From an uncultured virus (IMG/VR IMGVR_UViG_3300028833_000129) (taxonomy: Duplodnaviria > Heunggongvirae > Uroviricota > Caudoviricetes): a DNA stretch of 64,000 nt. Positions 48,762 through 57,247 of the stretch are shown here, piece after piece. Under the pieces are notes generated by a model. It searched no databases, had not been told where the DNA came from, and saw nothing but the letters and a program-made list of their open reading frames with translations. Both the position numbers and the translations under genes were made by a program. Each line of letters opens with the position of its first letter. Position 1 is the stretch's first letter. The DNA lies in the IMG/VR virus record IMGVR_UViG_3300028833_000129. One strand, 5' to 3'.

Positions 48762-50105
48762 TCAATCCATAATGTTCACGGCATCAGCAATGTCTTTGCT
48801 TTGTTTTAGCAACTTAACGTATGCTTTCAGCGAAGCATTAACACCCCTTCCAAGCATAGAACATAACTGTATAAGATTACCACCATTTTGCAGAAATGCC
48901 ATTGCAAATGATGAACGATAACTGTAGAATGTGCATTCCAAATCAATCAATGGAATATTGCTACCATTTTCAACATTCATCTTAACAATCCTTTCATTGG
49001 CTTTCCTAAACCATTCCCTTAACACGTCAGAGTGGTTTGACAACCAATTTGAAACCTTTTTATAAATCTTTAGATGGTCGTTTTCGACTCCATCAAGAAC
49101 TGGCAACAAATACCCTTTTCTAAACATTATAAGTGTTCTGAATATAACACAATCAAAGAACTTATCTTGACTAATCATGATTTTAACTGGAACACCTGTT
49201 TTTTGTCGTTTAATTGACCAACAATAATAATTTACATTGTTGACAATTTCAACGTCCATATCGCTAATCTTCAATTGGCAAAGGTCAATTGGTGCAGCGC
49301 CAAATGCAGTAAATCCAATAAGATAAAAGGCTAGACAAAACAGGTCACTCTTTCTGTCAAGAAATTTTTCAAGGCCATCATCGTTATATCTGAACGTTTC
49401 TTTTCCTGTCATTGTAATAAGTTGTTCAAGCAGCATTTCCTTCAATACATCAATGCATTGACGGTCAACATATAGCAAGTTTGCATCAGCCTTATACTTC
49501 TTGCAGAAGTTCCAGCGCTTAAATGGGTTATCCTTGATAATGCCCTCTTCAATGGCAAATTTACATAACGCTGACAACTTGGTAACGAACATTAAGATGC
49601 TGCCACTTTTAAGACCCTTATTTTCCAAATGCTGGGCGTATGCCTTGATGGTGTCCAAGTCCAATTCTTGAATGGTTATATCCCTTCCAAGGAAGCCAAA
49701 GAAACTGTTCTGGAACGCTTTCCAAGTCTTCTTGGTGGTTGGCGATAGGCTTGCAGTATATCGCCCAATCAGAGCCTTTAAATCGCCCTCTATGGCAACT
49801 GTAGCAACCTTTTGTTGGAGCACCATTGCAGGTGTATATGCAATGCCATTAATTTCAAATTCATTCCTTCGCCTAATGGCATCATTCTTCATTTGCTGAA
49901 TCAGTTGATTAATGGAAGCATAATTGGGGTAGCCTTTCCTTATGCATTCATTTTTCTTATCCCAATACTTAACTGTACATGAACAGCCTGTTGATACTTC
50001 CTTCATTCCATTGAAACTGCAACGAAGATAGATTGGTGAACTGCCATCGGCCAAGACCTTGCTTGTTCGATGGATTAACTTGATTGATGCACTTTGTACT
50101 TTCAT
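48762..50105 (-). CDS. int: Tyrosine recombinase / phage integrase (phage B)
   Basis: Homolog of 424-1755; YSYRSSFA...LGR...AY. Confidence 0.88.
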   Translation of the reverse strand: MKVQSASIKLIHRTSKVLADGSSPIYLRCSFNGMKEVSTGCSCTVKYWDKKNECIRKGYPNYASINQLIQQMKNDAIRRRNEFEINGIAYTPAMVLQQKVATVAIEGDLKALIGRYTASLSPTTKKTWKAFQNSFFGFLGRDITIQELDLDTIKAYAQHLENKGLKSGSILMFVTKLSALCKFAIEEGIIKDNPFKRWNFCKKYKADANLLYVDRQCIDVLKEMLLEQLITMTGKETFRYNDDGLEKFLDRKSDLFCLAFYLIGFTAFGAAPIDLCQLKISDMDVEIVNNVNYYCWSIKRQKTGVPVKIMISQDKFFDCVIFRTLIMFRKGYLLPVLDGVENDHLKIYKKVSNWLSNHSDVLREWFRKANERIVKMNVENGSNIPLIDLECTFYSYRSSFAMAFLQNGGNLIQLCSMLGRGVNASLKAYVKLLKQSKDIADAVNIMD

Positions 50106-50110
50106 AATCC

Positions 50111-50346
50111 GGACACTTTGTGGGACATGTTATTTATATCGTCGGCAAAATTAGGACATTTTATCGAAACCACCAAATATGCTGATATAAAATAAGTTAA
50201 GAAAATATTAAGAATATAAACGATAATAGTTATTAATATCGACTTATGTAAGTGATTGGCTGTGATAGTCAGTCACTTATGTTTTTTATATATCTACCAA
50301 GACACTCTACGGGACACGTTACTTTAATGTCTAGTGCAAGACACTT
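50111..50346. other. Putative attP region of phage B with arm-type repeats
   Basis: (G/A)GACA(C/T) copies at 50111, 50123, 50154, 50300, 50312 and 50339 around an AT-rich core and hairpin. Confidence 0.6.
50146..50177 (-). promoter_or_regulatory. Bacteroidetes housekeeping promoter for integrase B
   Basis: TTTG-N20-TAATTTTG. Confidence 0.7.
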
Positions 50347-50456
50347 TTGTATTTGCCTTGATTTAAATCAAGATTTTTGCTATTTAGTGGCAATTATTTA
50401 AACTTTTCAAAATTTGCTTATATTTATTATTAAATAACAACATAAAAATAATAAAT

Positions 50457-50978
50457 ATGGTTAATAACAATTATTTCAGCATTAATGAAGACCTAGGTTT
50501 TGATTTACTTAAAGCATTCAACGAAGAAAATAACTTGTTCAAAAGCCTTGAACGTACACCAGAGAAACACTACTATGATGTTAGTGGGAAGACAATAAAT
50601 GATAAGGACGTTATCATAGAGATAAAGCATCGTAATCTTAATATCATCAAGAACGAAAATGGTGAATGGAAAATCAGTGGTTGTTCATCTTCAAACAATA
50701 CATTTTTTGACGATAACATTCTACTGTCAACTGACAAGGGCCTTGATATTATTTTTGATGCACTATCGTATGATGTAATCCCACTGCATATTACCATTTG
50801 CAACAATGGCATTATTATCCACAATTTGTTAAAATTAAATCATAGGCCAAAGCGTATTAACCAAATCAAAACTGTAAATCATGGATATAGGGCAATGGAA
50901 AAAGCAAGCAAGCAAGGCTTATATCTAGACAGTGCAGTTATATACTTAAATAACGAAGGAAAATGGGAAAAGCAGTAA
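50457..50978 (+). CDS. PD-(D/E)XK nuclease-like protein
   Basis: YDVS...IIEIKHR; homolog of 2090. Confidence 0.5.
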   Translation: MVNNNYFSINEDLGFDLLKAFNEENNLFKSLERTPEKHYYDVSGKTINDKDVIIEIKHRNLNIIKNENGEWKISGCSSSNNTFFDDNILLSTDKGLDIIFDALSYDVIPLHITICNNGIIIHNLLKLNHRPKRINQIKTVNHGYRAMEKASKQGLYLDSAVIYLNNEGKWEKQ

Positions 50979-51584
50979 ATGACAAATGAAGAAAATGCAA
51001 CAAAATTTCTTCAATACGTCAACGAAAACTATGATTATTTGAAAAGCCATTTAACAGCATATTGTAAAAATACCAAGAAATTTCAATTTGATGAAGACGT
51101 GTTTTCTGATACATATATGAAAATATATGACAAAATAATGAAAGATGGAATAATCGATAATTCACCAAAGGGGTATGAAAACTATTTTTTCATGGCGTTT
51201 AGGACAAACATACGAAGGGAAAAGCAATACTCCAGAAACGCCAAACGAATTGATATGGGTGGGAATATCCCAACATCAACCCACGAAGAATATCAATCTT
51301 CTAAACTGACAGAAGAGGAAAAGTTAAAGCAAGACCTTTATAAAGACTTTTCGACCCTATATCTTTTCAAAAAGGTTGAAGACAACTTTCCAGCAGAATA
51401 TTTGTATCTTTTCAAATTGAAGGTATTCGAAAAAATTACATACCAAGAACTCGTCAAAAGAACAGGGATAAAGAATTGCAGGCAGAAAGTGGCAGAAGTT
51501 AAGCAGTGGTTGAAAGATAACGTTACGAAAGAAGAAATTGATAAGGAATTTAATAAAATTTATGGAAATCTTATATTTGATTGA
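50979..51584 (+). CDS. Phage sigma-70/ECF-like transcription factor
   Basis: Homolog of 2598. Confidence 0.65.
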   Translation: MTNEENATKFLQYVNENYDYLKSHLTAYCKNTKKFQFDEDVFSDTYMKIYDKIMKDGIIDNSPKGYENYFFMAFRTNIRREKQYSRNAKRIDMGGNIPTSTHEEYQSSKLTEEEKLKQDLYKDFSTLYLFKKVEDNFPAEYLYLFKLKVFEKITYQELVKRTGIKNCRQKVAEVKQWLKDNVTKEEIDKEFNKIYGNLIFD

Positions 51585-51613
51585 AAATAAATATGTTTAA
51601 ATAAAAATAGAAT

Positions 51614-51910
51614 ATGATAACGTTAATTCAATTTGTTTTAGTTTTAGTTATATTCCTAGCAGTTAGTTATGCTGCATGGTATGTTACTGAAAAAAACAAA
51701 GTACCAAGTTATTTGGATTATCGCCCTTTTTCTTGTCGCTTATGCCTAACAACTTGGTCAATGGCAGCAGTGTATATAGCTATTGGGGTAAGCTTTGAAT
51801 GGTGGGTATTGTTGATAGTGGGATTGATAGTAACGGTTTTAAATGCTATTGCAATGTTCGTGCACCAGAAAAATAATACGATAAGACTAGAAGATTATGA
51901 TAATAAGTGA
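51614..51910 (+). CDS. Small membrane protein (DUF1360-like)
   Basis: PFSCRLCLTTW; homolog of 3959. Confidence 0.6.
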   Translation: MITLIQFVLVLVIFLAVSYAAWYVTEKNKVPSYLDYRPFSCRLCLTTWSMAAVYIAIGVSFEWWVLLIVGLIVTVLNAIAMFVHQKNNTIRLEDYDNK

Positions 51911-52187
51911 TGAAGATATAAAGAAGATTGAACAATTCATTGAAATTAAGAATAAGAACTTTTATGTTGACAGCAAGCAGTTGCAAGATGTATATAATAG
52001 AGTGCTGAATACAAATCTTTCTCCAACGAACTGTGGAAGTTGTATAAGAAAGCGTGTAGAGGCATTAGAACAAGCCCTAAATCAATTTAAAAAGGAGCAG
52101 GCGAAGAATATGTCACCTGTTGAAGAAAAGCCTTTAGAAACGCCTGAAAATAAGCCAAGAAAAGTTGGCAGGCCAAAAGCAAAATAA
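51897..52187 (+). CDS. Hypothetical protein with CGSC motif
   Basis: Homolog of 4236. Confidence 0.7.
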   Translation: MIISDEDIKKIEQFIEIKNKNFYVDSKQLQDVYNRVLNTNLSPTNCGSCIRKRVEALEQALNQFKKEQAKNMSPVEEKPLETPENKPRKVGRPKAK

Positions 52188-52188
52188 A

Positions 52189-52677
52189 ATGCCAATAATA
52201 AATAGCCATACTAGACCAAAAGCAGAGAGGTATAGTAAAAGTTTCTACGATGGCATTGTGGTGAAATCCAAAGATTATGAATATGTCGAAGACCTTCTTA
52301 ATCAAATAACTGCTGACATTGTTAATGGCATACAACAGTCAGACATTGTTGCCAAACTTCAACAGCAGTTATATGACGGCCAAAGGCAGAAATACACCAA
52401 GGCAACGGCAGGAATGTATTATAGGACTGCAATGCATAGAATTAAGGCTGATAGGGAAGAGGATTTAGAAGATTTGAAGTCAAAACTATATTCCCAGTAC
52501 TATCAGTTATATGCAGAAGCTATGCAGGCAGGAAATACACTTACAGCAAAACAAGTACTAGATTCAATTGCAAAAATATTCATTGGCGATAAACCATCAA
52601 CTGCCATTCAAATAAACTCTGACAAGGAGAATGGTATAACAATTAATTTTGGATTTGACGATGAAAATAAACTTTAA
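52189..52677 (+). CDS. Probable terminase small subunit
   Basis: Homolog of 4560 (AK.VLDSIAKIF). Confidence 0.55.
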   Translation: MPIINSHTRPKAERYSKSFYDGIVVKSKDYEYVEDLLNQITADIVNGIQQSDIVAKLQQQLYDGQRQKYTKATAGMYYRTAMHRIKADREEDLEDLKSKLYSQYYQLYAEAMQAGNTLTAKQVLDSIAKIFIGDKPSTAIQINSDKENGITINFGFDDENKL

Positions 52678-53927
52678 AATAAATCTTACAAAAAAGCAAC
52701 AAGAAGCCTATTCCATCTTGCATGATAAAGATTGCCAATTCTTAATTGCAAGATGGTCTAGGCAATGTTAGTGGGAAAACTGTATTTGCTGAAATAATGC
52801 TGATTGAATACCTTTGCATGGCAAATACATATTCTGCTTACATATCACCAACGTTTGCCCAAGGTAAGAAGGTATATTCTGAAATTGTTTCATTGCTAGA
52901 TAATACAGGCATTATCAAGAAAGCAAATTCATCTGACTTGAAGATTGAAACCATTTTTGGAAGTACATTAAAGTTTTTTTCTATGGAAAGCCCAAACAGC
53001 ATTCGTGGTGTCACAATCAGTGGCATTCTAGTCCTTGATGAAGCAGCGTTTTTCCCTGTTAAAACATCTGATGGGCAAGACCCTTTTTATAACGTCATAT
53101 TCCCAATTATAAAGGCAAGAAGGCCAAAAGTACTAGTTATATCTACACCAAATGGAAAGCAAGGCATGTACTATGACTTATACTTGAAAGCGTTAAATGG
53201 CGAAGCAGGATATAAAGAAATATCAGCAACCATATATGACGATGAACTAATTAGGCATGAAGAAATACAAGAATTAAAGAAGGGCTACCCACCTTTGGCA
53301 TGGCAGCAAGAATTTGAAGTACAGTTTCTAGATAATGCTCTTACAGTATTTCCAAACTTTGAAAATTGTTTTGATGGCACATATCAGACAGGTAAATGCT
53401 GGATAGGAATTGACCCTTCATCAGTTGGAGAAGATAACACCATTTTAACAGTCGTTAACAGTCAGAATCAAGTAAGACAACATAAGATTGATGGTGATTT
53501 GGATGGGAAGTATAAGCAGATTGCACAACTTATCAACCAGTACAACCCAATAGCAACATACATTGAAAACAACAGCATTGGTGAAGTGATGGCAAATGAA
53601 ATAAAAAAGCAGTTACGAAGGAAGAATAATTTCTTTACATTTGCCACAACGAATGATACAAAGAAAGAATATATATCATTACTGGCAGTTGCAATAGCAA
53701 ATAATGATATTCATTTTGAAAAGGAAAACACGCTTCTTTATTCGGAACTTGCCACATTTTCATTCCAATTGACGAAAACAGGAAAGATAACATACGCTGC
53801 AAAAAGTGGCTATCATGATGATACCATAACAAGCCTTGGAATAGCACTTCAATGCAAAGAGGACTTAAAGAACTATGGCAGAAATAGTTTAGGTTTCGTA
53901 AATAATGGTTTAGAACTAGTTAAATAA
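52661..53927 (+). pseudogene. terL: Terminase large subunit B, frame broken by 4 extra nt in Walker A (pseudogene, error or recoded)
   Basis: ATG 52661 reads MKINFKINLTKKQQEAY...ARWSRQC* (TAG 52769); SGKT and the rest of the protein continue in the +1 frame. Confidence 0.8.
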
Positions 53928-54604
53928 TGAAAGATATAATAGATTATGGCGAAATTCATTGCCCGATAAGTTGGAATGAAATTACATTAAAGACATTCCA
54001 AGAAATAGAACGATATTATGATAATGAAGAAAAGAAATTTGATGTAAGGGATATATTAACAATCGTCACTGAAAAAGATGAAGATTATATTAATTCCCTT
54101 CCATTTGAATTGACTGAAATAATACTAGATAAACTTTCGTTTTTGGAGAAAGCACCAACAGTTAAAGAACCAACCAATTCAATTGTTATCGATGGTGAAA
54201 AATATAGCGTTCATTTCCAGAATCAACTAAAGACAGGGGAGTTTATTGCAGCAGATTCAATATTGAAGAGTGACAAGCATAACTATGCTGCATTATTGGC
54301 CATATTATGCAGGAAAGACGATGAAGTATATGATTCAAAGTTTGAAAATGAAATACTAGAAGATAGAATAAAGTTGTTTGAACAGCAGCCAATAACTAGC
54401 ATATTGCCCATTGTGAATTTTTTTTTGCACTTATATATAATATTAGAGATACCTACCCAACTGTCTTTACAGGTGGCAGAAGAAATAAGCCACATTCAGC
54501 AGCATATAGCCAATTTAAGGAAAAGTGGGGATTTATCGGCACATGTTACCAAACGGCTGACAAAAGAATTACGGAAGTTGAAAGAATCTATCAAATTTAT
54601 CTAG
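53927..54604 (+). CDS. Probable tail assembly chaperone
   Basis: Homolog of 6276; T9 run at 54418-54426. Confidence 0.7.
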   Translation: MKDIIDYGEIHCPISWNEITLKTFQEIERYYDNEEKKFDVRDILTIVTEKDEDYINSLPFELTEIILDKLSFLEKAPTVKEPTNSIVIDGEKYSVHFQNQLKTGEFIAADSILKSDKHNYAALLAILCRKDDEVYDSKFENEILEDRIKLFEQQPITSILPIVNFFLHLYIILEIPTQLSLQVAEEISHIQQHIANLRKSGDLSAHVTKRLTKELRKLKESIKFI

Positions 54605-54708
54605 CAGATTATCTACAATATTTGTCATATCTGATTGATGAAGCAGAAGCAGACGAAGATGAAGAGAAATTCAAGGATACGTTACGAAAGGCAAAGAAGG
54701 GGCATTAA
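54418..54708 (+). CDS. -1 frameshift extension of tail chaperone B
   Basis: FFFALIYNIRDTYPTVFTGGRRNKPH...EKWG...YLQYLSYLIDEAEADEDEEKFKDTLRKAKKGH*. Confidence 0.8.
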   Translation, partial: FFFALIYNIRDTYPTVFTGGRRNKPHSAAYSQFKEKWGFIGTCYQTADKRITEVERIYQIYLADYLQYLSYLIDEAEADEDEEKFKDTLRKAKKGH

Positions 54709-54755
54709 CGCCCCTTTTTTCGTACAATGATATGTTTATTAGAAAAATTATTGAC

Positions 54756-55283
54756 ATGTATTACAAAGATATAATAGAATCAATAGAAAACGTTATGAAA
54801 CGCTTCAAGGGCGTTAACTTTGTTAAATATACAGGTGAAGACCTTATCAACCAACAGCACAATGAAAACACGCTACAGTGCTATATTGATGATGTTACAA
54901 TGTCCCAATATAACCTAACAACAAACATCAATAAGATAGAGTTGCAAGTATATATATTGGGGTTTGCTGAAAACACGCCAGAAGCCATTTTAAACGTCCA
55001 AGACCAATGTTATAATGCAGCAGTTAACCTACTAGCCTATTACGATAATATGCCCGAATTTCAAGGCATTTTAAAACTGTATGATTGGAGTATTTTAACG
55101 CTGTCAAGATATACTTCCCAAGCCAATGCAGGCGTTAAGGTAAGTGTTATTTTAGACGTTGTGTCACCTATCAACCTCTGTGCAGTTGGCGATTGGTTCA
55201 ACGAAGACCCATACCCAGAGGAAAAGGACAAAGAAATAGACCTCCAAGAAATAACCCTTAAACCAACCCATATATGTAAATGA
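54756..55283 (+). CDS. Probable tail terminator/completion protein
   Basis: Homolog of 7132. Confidence 0.45.
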   Translation: MYYKDIIESIENVMKRFKGVNFVKYTGEDLINQQHNENTLQCYIDDVTMSQYNLTTNINKIELQVYILGFAENTPEAILNVQDQCYNAAVNLLAYYDNMPEFQGILKLYDWSILTLSRYTSQANAGVKVSVILDVVSPINLCAVGDWFNEDPYPEEKDKEIDLQEITLKPTHICK

Positions 55284-55816
55284 AGATTAGAGACGCTTTA
55301 ACAGAATTGGCAAATGAAGTCAAGAAGGAAATATTAAGAAGAATGGCTTCTGACATTGGCATTAACAAAAGGACAGGAACAAATACGTTGGTTGGTTCTG
55401 GACTTTATTATAGTGTTGATGTCTACCCAAGAAGCGACACAACGTTAATATTCCAAATCGCCAATTACTATCAATGGGTAGTAACAGGTTGGTACAGAAC
55501 AAAGAAAGGACCGGGCACATTCCAAGAATATCTTTTTTCAATAAGGGATTGGATAAGAAGAAAACATATAAGATGGCAGAAACATACAAAACATGGAATG
55601 GTTGACCTAACAGAAAATGAAATGATGTGGGCATTGGCAAAGGCAATGTTCAACCCAAAGAAGCCATATTCGATTGCCCCAAGACCATTCATCAATTATG
55701 ACCCAGAAGGTGACTTGGAAGTGATATTGCCATTTCTAGAAAAGTTTTTTGAAGATTGGGCTGATAACGTATTCGAAAAAATAATGGAAGAAACAGATAA
55801 ATTTTTTAATTCATGA
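55280..55816 (+). CDS. Probable neck/tail completion protein
   Basis: IAPRPF; homolog of 7686. Confidence 0.5.
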   Translation: MKIRDALTELANEVKKEILRRMASDIGINKRTGTNTLVGSGLYYSVDVYPRSDTTLIFQIANYYQWVVTGWYRTKKGPGTFQEYLFSIRDWIRRKHIRWQKHTKHGMVDLTENEMMWALAKAMFNPKKPYSIAPRPFINYDPEGDLEVILPFLEKFFEDWADNVFEKIMEETDKFFNS

Positions 55817-57243
55817 TAATATATACATTAAATGACTTCGTTAATAATGTCATTTGCCTTACAGGTGTTCCAAACATTATAAAAGTGGCTGACAACAGCC
55901 CTTCAACGTCTGCACATCGAAGTGTATTACGCTTTACAGTGCAAGACAGTGCTTCAATTGCATCTGCACCTGATGGGACGTATTACATCAGTGTACTAGG
56001 TGAAACCATCAGCAATGTCAGAAGTTATGAAAATGCCATTAATAAGAACTTCTATATTTCGTCAAATAATGTTTCAACAGCAGCCTCCATAGCTAGAGCA
56101 TTTAGAAATTGCTCCAACATAATTACGTTATACAATGTTGTACAAAATAGCAATGAAGTGTCATTGATAGCCAGAGACATATTTGAAACCAATACACAGT
56201 CTTCATATAGTAGTAATATCCCAATAGCAGCAATAACATTCATTGGTACTGATGGGCAAGATGTATCACCACTTTCAATGGCAAAGGTATCACTTGATTT
56301 GTATAGCGGCGATAATTATGTTACGACATTGGAAAAGACATGCCCAAAAGACACTGTATCGTTCAATATATCCCCTGCCCTTGAAACTATAGCAGAAGTA
56401 GGCCAAACGAAGCCTTGGAAGGCTATAATTGGCTATACAACGAACTATGGCCAATACAACAGCGTTGGAACAATGAATAACAATAGGGTTGCAGTTGGCT
56501 ACATGGTAAATCAAGGTGAAAACTATATAATGAACAGCAGCCCTATACTTGCACAAAACGTATCCAGAGGCAATGCATGGCAAGACAAGGGAAATCATAC
56601 CCTATTATACATCTATCAGCCAACATTGCCAATATCATTCTATCGTGGTTTAAACAGCGATGGCGATATTACAATAACATACCTTGATTCTGCCTTTAAT
56701 GACATTACAGGTGATACAATATCATATTCTTCTGGTGAAGACAAATTGGTTGATATGGAAGTTGTCTTGAATGAAAGCGTATGGAATGATACGTTTTATC
56801 TAGATGTAGAAATTGATGGCCTTGACCCTATCAGATATAATGTCATAAAGCCTTTGAAAATGACAGAATATTGCCAGCGTATATACTTTAGGAATAGTTA
56901 TGGCGGCACATCTTTTATTGATTTTACAGGCAAAAAGACAGAGACAAGAAGCGTTGAAACAGCAACATATAACAAGAACTTATATGACTATTACACCAAC
57001 AATGTAATAAGCAAGGAAAAGCCATATAATAAAGAAGTTAAATATGATGTTACATTGAAAAGCCACATATTTGAAGAGGATGGCAAATATATCTACAATG
57101 ACCTGGCAAGAAGCCCTTATATTTGGACAACAGTTAATAACAAGACGTATGAAGTTATCCTTGATAGTGTAAGCGTTGATGAAGTGGATAATTCCAATAA
57201 CCTGTATGAAGGTACTCTAAAATATCATTATTCAAATATCTAG
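55813..57243 (+). CDS. Minor tail protein (distal tail-like)
   Basis: Homolog of 8209. Confidence 0.55.
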   Translation: MIIYTLNDFVNNVICLTGVPNIIKVADNSPSTSAHRSVLRFTVQDSASIASAPDGTYYISVLGETISNVRSYENAINKNFYISSNNVSTAASIARAFRNCSNIITLYNVVQNSNEVSLIARDIFETNTQSSYSSNIPIAAITFIGTDGQDVSPLSMAKVSLDLYSGDNYVTTLEKTCPKDTVSFNISPALETIAEVGQTKPWKAIIGYTTNYGQYNSVGTMNNNRVAVGYMVNQGENYIMNSSPILAQNVSRGNAWQDKGNHTLLYIYQPTLPISFYRGLNSDGDITITYLDSAFNDITGDTISYSSGEDKLVDMEVVLNESVWNDTFYLDVEIDGLDPIRYNVIKPLKMTEYCQRIYFRNSYGGTSFIDFTGKKTETRSVETATYNKNLYDYYTNNVISKEKPYNKEVKYDVTLKSHIFEEDGKYIYNDLARSPYIWTTVNNKTYEVILDSVSVDEVDNSNNLYEGTLKYHYSNI

Positions 57244-57247
57244 CAAA

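Noticed and set aside
52766..52772. TAG reassignment (alternative genetic code) explaining the terminase stop
   Set aside because: Readthrough would not restore the frame (4-nt offset); TAG ends normal genes (414, 19492, 22672) and genes are not fragmented under the standard code
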